Origin: a virus
Lineage: Duplodnaviria; Caudoviricetes
Length of the DNA: 26,969 bases
Strand: one strand, 5' to 3'
Virus record (IMG/VR): IMGVR_UViG_3300020464_000022
Coordinates: 1 to 26,969 of that record
The position numbers and the translations under genes are program-made. Under the pieces are notes generated by a model. It did no database searches. It was not told the origin of the DNA and saw only the letters and a program-made list of their open reading frames with translations. Position 1 is the first letter of the stretch; each line of letters opens with the position of its first letter. Positions 8,660-17,611 of the stretch are shown here, piece by piece.

Positions 8660-10347
8660 ATCAAATCCTTTGCTGTGGTGATTGCTTCCGCTTTGTATTG
8701 TTCCAAAATGGAGTCTACAGAACCCCTGAGCTGATCCGGTTGAACGCTTTGGAGTATGTCGTTTAGATTACGATTCAGGCCAGAATAGAATGAATCAACC
8801 AGTGAATGATGCAAATCAGCATAATCTCTTGAGCTAATCGAACAATAGAGCTTCAATTCGTCATCAAAACGCTGCTGAAATCCTGGCAGAGTATCAGTAA
8901 ACATCTGTTCATCAATCCAAGAACAGAATCTATTAGCTTTTGCCTTCTTGCATCGAGTTTTAACCTGAGCAATCACGCGCGTAATAGCTGCATCAATTGC
9001 TTTGTTGAGGAGATCCCTCATTTGCCGCTCATCATCAGACTCAACCTGCTCATCATCAGACTCAACTTGCTCATCATCTTCAACCTGGTCATCAGAGTCA
9101 TCATCCGCATCTAAATCATCGCTATTCGCCATATTCAGCGGTTGCATGAACTTATCACCAAGTCCATCATCCCTGGGATTCAGTCCAAGAAAAGCTCGCA
9201 CTTCATTTGGGCTTACAATGCCGTTATTGATGCCGATTTGCCCCACTTCATACTGCGTTTTGATGTCAGCCTGAATGAAAGCCCCAACATTATGCTCTGC
9301 AAAGTGCGTCTGGCCCTTTTGTTCATCCGTTGTAAGCAGCTTCAGCCAGACCTCAGATGCAATGGTATTAAGCCAAATGCTCAAACTGGAGTCTAAATAG
9401 CTGCGATTTTCCTGCTCCAGGCTGTTGTATGAGCTTTTTGAATCATCACCGAGCTTATGTGGTGGCAGATTAAAGAACCTGGCGATTTCCTTAACAAGCT
9501 CTTTTCGGACTGGTACCATCTGAGACTGCTCAGGAGTGAACTGCGCCTGGTGGAATTTGGCACCATCGCGGAGCAAAACAGTCTTAAACGAATTATCAAC
9601 GCCTTCATAGGTTTTGCGGAATCCCTGTTCTAGTGTGTCACTTGCCTGCTTGCTCATGCCAAGCGGCACTTCCAGAATTCCACCAATCCTTGCACCATTT
9701 GCAAAGAACTTGGATGCAAACTTGTTTGCTGCCAGAGCCTGTGCAAACGTTTCACGCGCTTTAAATATCAATTCGCAATCTGCATCACCTGCAATGCTGA
9801 TATTCTCCAGGTGCAAGATTGAGGAAGCAGGAAAGTTAAGCAGCTCGCCATTGATCTCAGTAACATAAATCACATCACCATTTGGCATAATGCGCGGTGC
9901 TGTTCGGTCCGGCAAAAGCGGAATCATTTCAAGCGGATTGCCAAATGGGTCACGGTCAATCAGTGCGTAAGCATTGCCCCAGATCAAAGCGTGTACCATC
10001 ATTCGTCGCCAGAATCTGTATGCCGTCATTTGGTGATTAGCTTGCCACCTCACCAGAAACTGTGCAGGATGTTCACGGTCAACCTCACGGCCACGCTCGC
10101 CAAGATCTGCCCGCCTCTTGTAGATGTTCAGAGGTATCTTTGCAACGTCACCAGAGATAAGGCTTACTGCCTGATAGACAGGTGCGAGTGTTAATGCGCG
10201 TGATGCACCAACCATCTCGCCTGCACTGGTTGAATAATCACCAAAAACCTGATTCCAAACGACCGGATCGCCTAATGGTATATTCGGATTTTCTAAGGCT
10301 CGGTGATCCTGACCAGGGTAGACGAACATCTCACCATTTGTAGGCAT
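8656..10347 (-). CDS. Portal protein (HK97 family) with C-terminal extension
   Basis: VYQAVSLISGDVAKIP, WGNAY, FFANGA, IARFFNLPPHKLG, SYNSLEQ, SPNEVRAFLGLNP motifs; extra ~150 aa tail. Confidence 0.95.
   Translation of the reverse strand: MPTNGEMFVYPGQDHRALENPNIPLGDPVVWNQVFGDYSTSAGEMVGASRALTLAPVYQAVSLISGDVAKIPLNIYKRRADLGERGREVDREHPAQFLVRWQANHQMTAYRFWRRMMVHALIWGNAYALIDRDPFGNPLEMIPLLPDRTAPRIMPNGDVIYVTEINGELLNFPASSILHLENISIAGDADCELIFKARETFAQALAANKFASKFFANGARIGGILEVPLGMSKQASDTLEQGFRKTYEGVDNSFKTVLLRDGAKFHQAQFTPEQSQMVPVRKELVKEIARFFNLPPHKLGDDSKSSYNSLEQENRSYLDSSLSIWLNTIASEVWLKLLTTDEQKGQTHFAEHNVGAFIQADIKTQYEVGQIGINNGIVSPNEVRAFLGLNPRDDGLGDKFMQPLNMANSDDLDADDDSDDQVEDDEQVESDDEQVESDDERQMRDLLNKAIDAAITRVIAQVKTRCKKAKANRFCSWIDEQMFTDTLPGFQQRFDDELKLYCSISSRDYADLHHSLVDSFYSGLNRNLNDILQSVQPDQLRGSVDSILEQYKAEAITTAKDLI
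9027..9078. repeat. 21 bp tandem repeat (~2.5 copies) encoding DDEQVES linker in portal
   Basis: gctcatcatcagactcaacct / gctcatcatcagactcaactt / gctcatcatc. Confidence 0.9.
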
Positions 10348-10348
10348 A

Positions 10349-11989
10349 TTAAATTAGCTCCACTGTGTTTGATTCATAGAAATCATAATTTGGCTGCTGT
10401 TCAGTTGAGATAGCTCGGCCGAGTGCCATGATTGCTGCAACAATGCCATCAATCTTCCGGTGATTGTCGGCCTTCGGTTTAACTGGCCTTTTGTTTTGAT
10501 TTACATCAGTCTTTATTTCAACATTTCCTGCTTGCCAACTCAATATCGGATTCTTTGGATGCTGAAGCCCACCGCTCATAACCAGCCGCTCAAACTCTGC
10601 CGTTGGTCCAGCGTAATGCACGATAGTTTGACGATATTGCACGCGAGGGATTCCCGTCTCATCTTCAACGCGCTGCGTGAGTTCTTCTGCATACATTGGG
10701 TCAAAAGCAAGCTCCAGCACATTAAACCGCTCCCCTATTTCTTTAATTGTCGCTTCAACTCGTGAATAGTCTATAACGTTTCCTTCCGTCAGCTCTAAAT
10801 GACCTACATTGGCCCATTCCAAGTAGGGGGATTTGTGATTGTTTTGCTCAGCTGTCTCCTTCGGAAGCCAGAACCACGGCCAGAATCTAAAGCTGCCATC
10901 ATCTTGTGGAAAGCAGGCAACTGCTGCCGTCATGTCTCTGGTTTTCGATAGATCTAAAGCAAGATAGCAATCAGAGCCTTCCAAATCTTCAAGCGTGTAA
11001 TTAACGCCACAGGCATTCCAATCTGATTGCCTCAGCCAGACATTCGTGGATGTAGACCAAACGTTGAGCCTGTACATTTTCCAGTTCTTGAAATCCGTTA
11101 GGCTGCGCTTTGCTCGCTCGTAACTAGTGCGGAATTCCTCACTCTTGATCGTGTGGCCCCAGGATGGATTGGCTTGTTTCCATATTTCCGGCTTACCACA
11201 CTTTTTGTCATTGGAATCTTGCGGTGCGTAGTAGCTTATATATAGAAATTCATCATCTATTATTTCGCCTTTGTTGACCGCTTCACCATAATCCCACTGC
11301 CGTTTACCGTATCCATTTGGATTATTTCCAGCAGTTGAAACCTCAAACCGGATCGGCTCCGCTCGGCTGGCTCCCATATACTCAAGCACTGTTGCAAGAC
11401 GTGAATCTACAACGTGAGTTTCATCAATAATAACCGAGCCATTTAGACCTTCCTGCCCGCTGATATTGTCGCCACTAAGCGTCTGATAGGTGCTGTTTGT
11501 GGGATGGTAAAGTATCACGCCGGTTGCTCTGTTCACGGTGCAAAGATTTGTAAGTACTGGTGACTGCTGCACCATCATACGCGCATGAGTATGAACAATC
11601 TGCGCCTGCTTGCCATCCTTAGCGGCTGAGTAAACTTTCTGCCCTTGCTCGCCATCTGCTGCCATGAGATACAATCCAACCATTGCCGCCGTTGGACTCT
11701 TGCCGTTTTTCTTTGGCACCCAGAGCGAGCACACTTTAAAGCGTCTAACTTCCCTATTCCAATCCTCTGAAAACTTAACCCAGCCAAACAGCCGCATAAA
11801 AAGCTCGTACTGCCAATCCATGATGTGAACCGGCTGGCCTGCATACTCACCTTCATACAAACGCAAATGGTCCTGGACAAATTCAATCATGTGAATGCCA
11901 CGTTCTTCATCTATGCGACATCCGGATTTTGCTGCACGCTCATCAGCAGCATTTTTAATCCAGCGTTTTGTGACCTTATCAATTGGCAC
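10349..11989 (-). CDS. terL: Terminase large subunit
   Basis: Walker A VPKKNGKS, Walker B IIDETH, STAG coupling motif, nuclease LALDLSKTRD and KIDGIVAAIMA. Confidence 0.97.
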   Translation of the reverse strand: MPIDKVTKRWIKNAADERAAKSGCRIDEERGIHMIEFVQDHLRLYEGEYAGQPVHIMDWQYELFMRLFGWVKFSEDWNREVRRFKVCSLWVPKKNGKSPTAAMVGLYLMAADGEQGQKVYSAAKDGKQAQIVHTHARMMVQQSPVLTNLCTVNRATGVILYHPTNSTYQTLSGDNISGQEGLNGSVIIDETHVVDSRLATVLEYMGASRAEPIRFEVSTAGNNPNGYGKRQWDYGEAVNKGEIIDDEFLYISYYAPQDSNDKKCGKPEIWKQANPSWGHTIKSEEFRTSYERAKRSLTDFKNWKMYRLNVWSTSTNVWLRQSDWNACGVNYTLEDLEGSDCYLALDLSKTRDMTAAVACFPQDDGSFRFWPWFWLPKETAEQNNHKSPYLEWANVGHLELTEGNVIDYSRVEATIKEIGERFNVLELAFDPMYAEELTQRVEDETGIPRVQYRQTIVHYAGPTAEFERLVMSGGLQHPKNPILSWQAGNVEIKTDVNQNKRPVKPKADNHRKIDGIVAAIMALGRAISTEQQPNYDFYESNTVELI

Positions 11990-12470
11990 TGGGATTGCGT
12001 TCTCTTGGCTTGATTTTTGTTATTTGGGCAAATGTTTTGTTCACTTGAACACGTGAACGGCTTGAAGGTGTAAGCCCAAACTCCATGAGCCACTTCCGGC
12101 AAGCCTCAGCATTACGCTCACGAACTCTATCCCACTCATGCCGCTTCGTCATTACCTCGCCATCTTTGCCCTGAGTGACCTGCCAGGCGCCGTAACGTTC
12201 ACACATTTCAACGGCTTTAAGATACTCGCTATAGGTCTGACAGTAGATTGCCAGTGCTGTTGCATCTACGCTGGAGAGTATATTTAGCTCAGTAAGTATG
12301 TCACACATCAACTCCCACTCATCGGCTGCTTTACCAATTAAGTGTGGAGGACATTTTGGCCGGTCACCTGGCGCGTCTGGTTCAAATACATTGCGGCGCT
12401 CAGGATGTTTTTTAAAATAGCCTTCGAGCTCCCTTAATGCAGTTGGCTTAGGTTTTCTACCTCTTGGCAT
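11979..12470 (-). CDS. terS: Terminase small subunit (P27 family)
   Basis: MPRGRKPKPTAL N-terminus, LAIYCQTY, EFGLTPSSRSRV. Confidence 0.95.
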   Translation of the reverse strand: MPRGRKPKPTALRELEGYFKKHPERRNVFEPDAPGDRPKCPPHLIGKAADEWELMCDILTELNILSSVDATALAIYCQTYSEYLKAVEMCERYGAWQVTQGKDGEVMTKRHEWDRVRERNAEACRKWLMEFGLTPSSRSRVQVNKTFAQITKIKPRERNPSAN

Positions 12471-12472
12471 TT

Positions 12473-13456
12473 TTAATCCAAAATCTGTTGCTTAATATTC
12501 AATGCAATTTCTTTCATGAAATTAGGGGGAACACAATTCCCTATTCTCGAAATAGCATTTTTACGATTGAAGAACTCAAAATCATCTGGAAAACTGGCAA
12601 GCCGTTTCAATTCATTCATAGAAAAATACCGCTTGCGATCTGGATGAACAATTCCAGTGACACCAATCTCCGACTTTACAATTGTTTGAACTGGCTTATC
12701 CCATTCTGACCACTGCAAACTCATATATCCTCCCTTATGTTTAGTAATTTTCTGAAACAATGTTTTATCTGTGGACCATTTTTTCGGTTGATATTTTGCT
12801 AATTCAGTTAGGCTATCTGGAAGCATCCGATGGTCATCATCATCTAATGATACATTTCTCAATGCTTGTCTAACTGTTTGAATTCCTGATTTAGCCTTTG
12901 GAAAAGATGGTTTAATTTTCAAGTCATTTCTAACACCAATGAAAATCAACCGGGGCCTTGATTGAGGAACATTAAAATATCCAGCATTCAACAGTTTTGC
13001 TTTTACATTGTAACCGGCACGTTTTAATTCGTTCATGATTTCAGCAAAGATCAATTTCATCTTTCCTTTAACCATGCCGGAAACATTTTCCATCACAAAA
13101 ACCTTAGGCTTCATACCTTTAAGCAATCGAATGTATTGTTCAAACAATCTATTCCTGGAATCATTCATTACACGTTTGCCAATAGTGCTAAATCCCTGGC
13201 ATGGTGGTGAGCCATCAAACACATCTAATTCACCTGGTTGAATTCCAGATAATTCTATACATTTATCAACAGACAGGTCTTTAATATCGCCAGCAAACAA
13301 TGTCGTATCAGAGAAATTAGCTCGGTATGTTTTCACAGCATCATCATCAAATTCTACTGCAAGAGCAACATTAAACCCTGCTAACTTATAACCCAATGAA
13401 GAACCACCGCACCCTGAAAATGTTGAAATTACATTAGGCTTACTTTGGGAACTCAT
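12473..13456 (-). CDS. C5-cytosine DNA methyltransferase (orphan)
   Basis: Motif I FSGCGG, IV GSPPCQ, VI ENV, VIII QSRPR, IX/X RLASFPDDF..IGNCVPP. Start re-called to ATG 13456, overlapping the ParB-like gene end. Confidence 0.95.
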   Translation of the reverse strand: MSSQSKPNVISTFSGCGGSSLGYKLAGFNVALAVEFDDDAVKTYRANFSDTTLFAGDIKDLSVDKCIELSGIQPGELDVFDGSPPCQGFSTIGKRVMNDSRNRLFEQYIRLLKGMKPKVFVMENVSGMVKGKMKLIFAEIMNELKRAGYNVKAKLLNAGYFNVPQSRPRLIFIGVRNDLKIKPSFPKAKSGIQTVRQALRNVSLDDDDHRMLPDSLTELAKYQPKKWSTDKTLFQKITKHKGGYMSLQWSEWDKPVQTIVKSEIGVTGIVHPDRKRYFSMNELKRLASFPDDFEFFNRKNAISRIGNCVPPNFMKEIALNIKQQILD

Positions 13457-13934
13457 GACCGCACTCCGGGCATTGAATATAGATAACATCATCAACACAC
13501 ATCTCATCAAATTCTTTACCATCAGCATCAGGTGGCAATGGTAATGATGTTAGACTTTCAAGCAAGTCATTTACGTGCACGTTATTTGAATCAATTTCAG
13601 CGATTAACTCCTGGAGCATTGAATCATTTGAAATAGCCATACTAGATAAGGGATCATGACTTGCAAGAATAAGGTTTGCTTCTTCTTCAGTCACATCTAA
13701 AACCAATACAGGGATTTCTGCATCGTCATCTATTTCTTTTCGCAGATGCCCATCAATTAGAACCAAACCCTTTTTAGTTTCTCTTGCTAATACTGCATCG
13801 GCCCAACCCACCTCATCAAGAACTCCTTGGAGTGCTGTACGTTGTGAGTCAGGATGTTCACGCCAATTCTTAGGATTGGCAATAAGGTCTGAAGCCTTAA
13901 CACGTCTCAGCTCTTTAATTCTATCTTTAATCAT
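13440..13934 (-). CDS. ParB/Srx-like N-terminal domain protein with C-terminal CxxC
   Basis: NPKNWREHP, LIDGHLR, IPVLVLDV..EEA, ending CPECGHEF; typical partner of packaging-linked methyltransferases. Confidence 0.85.
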   Translation of the reverse strand: MIKDRIKELRRVKASDLIANPKNWREHPDSQRTALQGVLDEVGWADAVLARETKKGLVLIDGHLRKEIDDDAEIPVLVLDVTEEEANLILASHDPLSSMAISNDSMLQELIAEIDSNNVHVNDLLESLTSLPLPPDADGKEFDEMCVDDVIYIQCPECGHEFPK

Positions 13935-13968
13935 TTAATACCTTTTTGTTTTTGTGGGGAAAAATACA

Positions 13969-14022
13969 GAGACCTAGAACAATGGTCTCCTGTCGAAAAC
14001 GCTTTTGAAAATATGCCCCCCC
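13969..14022. other. Candidate cos (packaging/nicking) site
   Basis: GAGACC-N9-GGTCTC dyad (13969-13989) plus a 7-G run (minus strand, 14016-14022) in the gap after HNH and upstream of the terminase genes. Confidence 0.5.
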
Positions 14023-14032
14023 TCCCTCCTGG

Positions 14033-14359
14033 TCACTGGCCACTGGCAGTCTTTCGATCGTGGCATCGTTTACACATTGCTTGCCAATTGTCTAGGTCCC
14101 AGAACAGTTGCTTATCTCCTCGATGGGGTTTAATGTGATCTACAACGGTTGCAGGCTCAACCCTACCCCCCTGCTTACATTGTACGCATAGAGGATTAGA
14201 TGCAAGAAAGACAAGCCTAGCCTTGCGCCATCGTGCATCATAGCCACGTGCAGAGGCACTCCCTCTCTTATCTTTTTTTACCGGCTGCTTAACCTTCTTA
14301 CACCGGCACCCTCCTCTTTGATTACAGTAAACACAGAATGTACTGGCAGCTCTTGGCAT
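14033..14359 (-). CDS. HNH endonuclease (terminase-associated, HK97 gp74-like)
   Basis: RGYDARW, PLCVQC, VVDHIKPHRG, NWQAMCKRCHDRKT. Start re-called to ATG 14359. Confidence 0.92.
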   Translation of the reverse strand: MPRAASTFCVYCNQRGGCRCKKVKQPVKKDKRGSASARGYDARWRKARLVFLASNPLCVQCKQGGRVEPATVVDHIKPHRGDKQLFWDLDNWQAMCKRCHDRKTASGQ

Positions 14360-14408
14360 GGATTCATTATGCCTAAGGTGGCAATAATGCAAGAGTAAGG
14401 AGACTACA
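14360..14408. promoter_or_regulatory. Divergent control region with inverted repeat (candidate late promoter)
   Basis: 49 bp between divergent starts; CATTATGCC-TAAGGT-GGCAATAATG dyad (14365-14389); minus strand TTGCAT-N15-CATAAT ending 6 nt before the HNH ATG. Confidence 0.45.
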
Positions 14409-15260
14409 ATGCAAATGCCCTTCTCTCTCAAACATAAACATAACAGCTTCAACTGCCTCACATATAAGCCACATGGTGAGCATTGGTCAGAAGATGTGCT
14501 GCTACTATCTGACCTACACTTTGATAATCCACACTGTGACCGCGACCTACTTAAGAAGCATTTAGACCAGGCAGTAGACCGTAATGCTGCAATTATAGTA
14601 GCTGGAGACTTCTATTGTGCCATGCAGGGTAAGGGGGATCTTAGAGGTAATAAAGAGGACATACGGCCAGAGCATAATGTTGGCAACTATTTAGATAGTC
14701 TAATTACAGAGGCTGTGGAATGGTGGCAGCCATATAAGCACCATTTAGCGATCATTGGCAGGGGCAACCATGAGCAAAGCGTATTAGACAGAAAGGAGGT
14801 AGATCTACTCGGCAACTTTGCTGCAATGATGCGATCCTCTGGAGGCATCACGCAAACAGCTGGATATGCTTCCTTTATTAAGCTGGAGTTTAGATATAAA
14901 CGGCTAATTCAGGCAATGATCTATATGCACCATGGATATGGTGGTGGTAGCCAGTCAACCAGGTCCACTAACCATTGGATGCAGTATATTGGCCAGGTTC
15001 AGGCCGATATGTATTTAGCCGGTCATACACATTGGAAAGAGCATGTGCCATATCGCAGGGCAACATGTAATGGCCACGGTAGGATTGAGTATAAAGACAT
15101 ACACTGCTTACGGCTCGGTACGTATAAGGATGAATACCGCTCCAACAACATGAGTGGCTATCACCACGTCAAAGGCAGAGGACCACGGCCATTGGGTGGT
15201 TACTGGATGACCATGACCAGAGCCAGCCATGCAATGGCATATAAATTCTCTGAATGCTAA
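14409..15260 (+). CDS. Calcineurin-like metallophosphoesterase
   Basis: All five motifs present: SDLH, AGDF, GNHE, HHG, GHTH; AAGGAG RBS. The only credible plus-strand gene. Confidence 0.9.
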   Translation: MQMPFSLKHKHNSFNCLTYKPHGEHWSEDVLLLSDLHFDNPHCDRDLLKKHLDQAVDRNAAIIVAGDFYCAMQGKGDLRGNKEDIRPEHNVGNYLDSLITEAVEWWQPYKHHLAIIGRGNHEQSVLDRKEVDLLGNFAAMMRSSGGITQTAGYASFIKLEFRYKRLIQAMIYMHHGYGGGSQSTRSTNHWMQYIGQVQADMYLAGHTHWKEHVPYRRATCNGHGRIEYKDIHCLRLGTYKDEYRSNNMSGYHHVKGRGPRPLGGYWMTMTRASHAMAYKFSEC

Positions 15261-15475
15261 AGCACCTCACGAGGATCTACTGGTGTATGCCTCTCATAGT
15301 ATTCCATCTGTGCCTGAATAGCCTTTTGCATGTCACTCATCATACGCACCTGTTTATATTGCTTATATAAAGCAATTCCATGAAGTGCAGCATTAGCCGT
15401 GAAGTAGATAAAGCCGGTAAAGAAAAAAAGCCATGCAACCCTTGAGCTGCACAGCTTATGTTGTTTGTCTGCCAT
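15257..15475 (-). CDS. Small single-pass membrane protein
   Basis: 72 aa with one hydrophobic segment (VAWLFFFTGFIYFTANAALHGIALY). Confidence 0.65.
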   Translation of the reverse strand: MADKQHKLCSSRVAWLFFFTGFIYFTANAALHGIALYKQYKQVRMMSDMQKAIQAQMEYYERHTPVDPREVL

Positions 15476-15477
15476 TT

Positions 15478-15525
15478 GCCTGCCCCTATTGTCTGAATAT
15501 TGCTATTCAAATTATAGAAGCAGGC
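15478..15525 (-). promoter_or_regulatory. RBS-occluding hairpin with GNRA tetraloop
   Basis: GCCTGCTTCTAT/ATAGGGGCAGGC stem (2 G-U pairs, minus strand only) with apical TGAATA-GCAA-TATTCA; ends 2 nt before the ATG at 15475. Confidence 0.65.
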
Positions 15526-15531
15526 TTATAG

Positions 15532-15753
15532 CTATTCGATTACTTTCACCACTGGCTTCAATCCGAGGCTTTTTGCCATTTGCATTAAAGTGTCCCACGG
15601 TGAATCAGAATGAAACATTTCCGCGCGATACCAGGTACTTTGTGCCATGCCAGCCTGCTTTGCAGCTGCATTGACAGTTAGCCCTTTTTGCTCGCGTTTA
15701 TTCTGAATCATTATCAATAAATCCATTTTCTTTAGACTAGCCATTAAAATCAT
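15532..15753 (-). CDS. XRE/Cro-like helix-turn-helix regulator
   Basis: KREQKGLTVNAAAKQAGMAQSTWYRAE...TLMQMAKSLGL; start may be ATG 15744. Confidence 0.85.
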   Translation of the reverse strand: MILMASLKKMDLLIMIQNKREQKGLTVNAAAKQAGMAQSTWYRAEMFHSDSPWDTLMQMAKSLGLKPVVKVIE

Positions 15754-16075
15754 CCTCCGTGAATGGAGTTAAAGAAATCTCGTCAACGCCGGTTGGCTCA
15801 TATTCGCACTGCTCAAGATAAGCCAGAAAAGCCTCATCAACTATAATTTGTGGATAGCACTTTACAGCCGATTGGTCATATACGTTGGTGGCCAGAATCA
15901 CCTTGTAAGCGTCAACTTCAATGCCACCTTGCTGCTCATGTATCAGAATCCAGTTCCTAACAAAATCAACAATATCACGTGTCAGCTCCGGCCTGCCGCC
16001 TCCGTCTGCTTCAACGTCTTTAATCTTTTCAAAGTATTTTCTAGTAATCAACACCTTAGTTGTTAGTAATTGCAT
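15737..16075 (-). CDS. Hypothetical acidic protein
   Basis: ATG 16075 preceded by GAGGTGC-N3. Confidence 0.7.
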   Translation of the reverse strand: MQLLTTKVLITRKYFEKIKDVEADGGGRPELTRDIVDFVRNWILIHEQQGGIEVDAYKVILATNVYDQSAVKCYPQIIVDEAFLAYLEQCEYEPTGVDEISLTPFTEDDFNG

Positions 16076-16093
16076 AATGCACCTCACTTAAAA

Positions 16094-16375
16094 TTAAGAA
16101 ATTAAACAATTTAAAGAAACCACATAGATATGAACATGAGCAGCGCGAGGATACCATTTAGTGGTCCTAATGTTCACGTACTTCATGCCCGCACGTTTTC
16201 GTATGATTTCATAACATTCTTCAGCATCATCAAAGCTATCAAAAGCCCACGCGCATTTTGATAATCCTCCTTTAGCTTTACCCCAGCCGGACATTTGAAT
16301 GTCTGTTGCTGTCACAAGATATGTATGCGTTTTGAGTTGCTCTGATGTTCTATCATCTTGTCTAATAACTGACAT
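16094..16375 (-). CDS. Hypothetical phage protein
   Basis: ATG 16375 with GGGAGG RBS; TD..MSGWG.AKGG.S..AWA looks like a conserved core. Confidence 0.7.
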   Translation of the reverse strand: MSVIRQDDRTSEQLKTHTYLVTATDIQMSGWGKAKGGLSKCAWAFDSFDDAEECYEIIRKRAGMKYVNIRTTKWYPRAAHVHIYVVSLNCLIS

Positions 16376-16823
16376 TGCTGGCCTCCCATTCACCATTAAA
16401 CCATTTAGATTGACTGTGACCGGTAAGCCACTCCTTGCATTCTTGCGAAAGTGGTCTTTCTAAAATCTTAATGGCTAAAATATCAAGAATGATCCACACA
16501 AATCTGGAAGCAAATTGGCTTGCACTATAGAGCTTCTCACCCCATATTCTGGTTTCATAAGAACCATAGTTATTGATAAATTCTAAAGGTGAACCATTCC
16601 AATCAAACCTTTCTGCATAATCAACTACCACGTTCCACATTTCAACATCATATTCAGCATAAAAGCTTCTACAATCATGTCCCGTATGCAAATTGACTGG
16701 CGCAATTTCTGGACCTTTGTGACTAAGTAAACTTTCAAAGAATTCATCTATATCAGATGGACAATCCAGATTAGCTCTTTTAACAATACCTTGAATTAAA
16801 CTTTTCTCGTACTTTCCGTACAT
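16362..16823 (-). CDS. Hypothetical acidic/aromatic protein
   Basis: 153 aa; GAGGTGCAAAATG start. Confidence 0.75.
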   Translation of the reverse strand: MYGKYEKSLIQGIVKRANLDCPSDIDEFFESLLSHKGPEIAPVNLHTGHDCRSFYAEYDVEMWNVVVDYAERFDWNGSPLEFINNYGSYETRIWGEKLYSASQFASRFVWIILDILAIKILERPLSQECKEWLTGHSQSKWFNGEWEASNVSY

Positions 16824-16844
16824 TTTGCACCTCGTTTCAAATAT

Positions 16845-17042
16845 TTAGTTAGTCAATAATGTTGTTAGTTTATGAATTACGTCGCAAGTCCGATCCAAAT
16901 CAAAAACAACATTTTTCATTATTTCATCATAGATCTGCTCTTTGCGCTCGTCGTCATATGTTGTCGAGTCGACAATAGTACAAACGATTGCTGATAACAT
17001 ATGCTGCTTCTCGGAAAATATATCCTTTACGCCTTTACTCAC
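16845..17042 (-). CDS. Small hypothetical protein (leader-repeat array)
   Basis: GTG start inside the repeated AGGAGAAATAAAGTGA leader. Confidence 0.75.
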   Translation of the reverse strand: MSKGVKDIFSEKQHMLSAIVCTIVDSTTYDDERKEQIYDEIMKNVVFDLDRTCDVIHKLTTLLTN

Positions 17043-17068
17043 TTTATTTCTCCTCGTTAGTTAGTTGT

Positions 17069-17344
17069 TTAATAACCGTAACATTCGTGTTCTATTTCTT
17101 CATCCAACAGCATTTGATATAAGCTGCTATGTGGTTCGGGATCATCCGGAAAAAACATCTCAGCTTCTTCCATATACTGTCTCTTGATTTCATGATTAAA
17201 GAAGAAAATGAAATCCGCTCCTCCATCACCTTCATTTTCACCTTCAGCAACTCTTATATCGTTTAGATAAATGTCACTCTTATATGCGATACCATGACAT
17301 GTTTCTAAATACTTTGTGTTTTTAACTTTGAATGCTGATTTCAC
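17069..17344 (-). CDS. Small hypothetical acidic protein (leader-repeat array)
   Basis: Start re-called to GTG 17344 in the repeat; contains ENEGDGG. Confidence 0.75.
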   Translation of the reverse strand: MKSAFKVKNTKYLETCHGIAYKSDIYLNDIRVAEGENEGDGGADFIFFFNHEIKRQYMEEAEMFFPDDPEPHSSLYQMLLDEEIEHECYGY

Positions 17345-17369
17345 TTTATTTCTCCTCGTGTTTGTAAGA

Positions 17370-17585
17370 TTAGGACCAACCATAACCGCTGCAGCAACGG
17401 ATATGGTTCATTGTTCTAGCAATCTGGTTTACATCCAAATCACCGTAGCTAAGAATATTACCGAAAATAAAATTCTTACCATTTCTTGATTTGTTGAATA
17501 GAAACTTTTCAAGGTCTCTCAAGTTATGAACGGTTGCAACATATTTATGATCTAAAAATTCGATTTCAATCATAAGAGGTTTCAC
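17370..17585 (-). CDS. Small hypothetical protein (leader-repeat array)
   Basis: GTG start in the repeated leader. Confidence 0.75.
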   Translation of the reverse strand: MKPLMIEIEFLDHKYVATVHNLRDLEKFLFNKSRNGKNFIFGNILSYGDLDVNQIARTMNHIRCCSGYGWS

Positions 17586-17611
17586 TTTATTTCTCCTTGT
17601 GTTGGTGGTTC

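Noticed and set aside
10349-11989. Intein/intron in TerL, or alternative genetic code
   Set aside because: TerL length and motif spacing are normal; genes are intact under the standard code and TAG, TGA and TAA all act as stops.
6-13241. Numerous plus-strand ORFs in the track
   Set aside because: They are antisense shadows of well-supported minus-strand structural genes and show no recognisable motifs.
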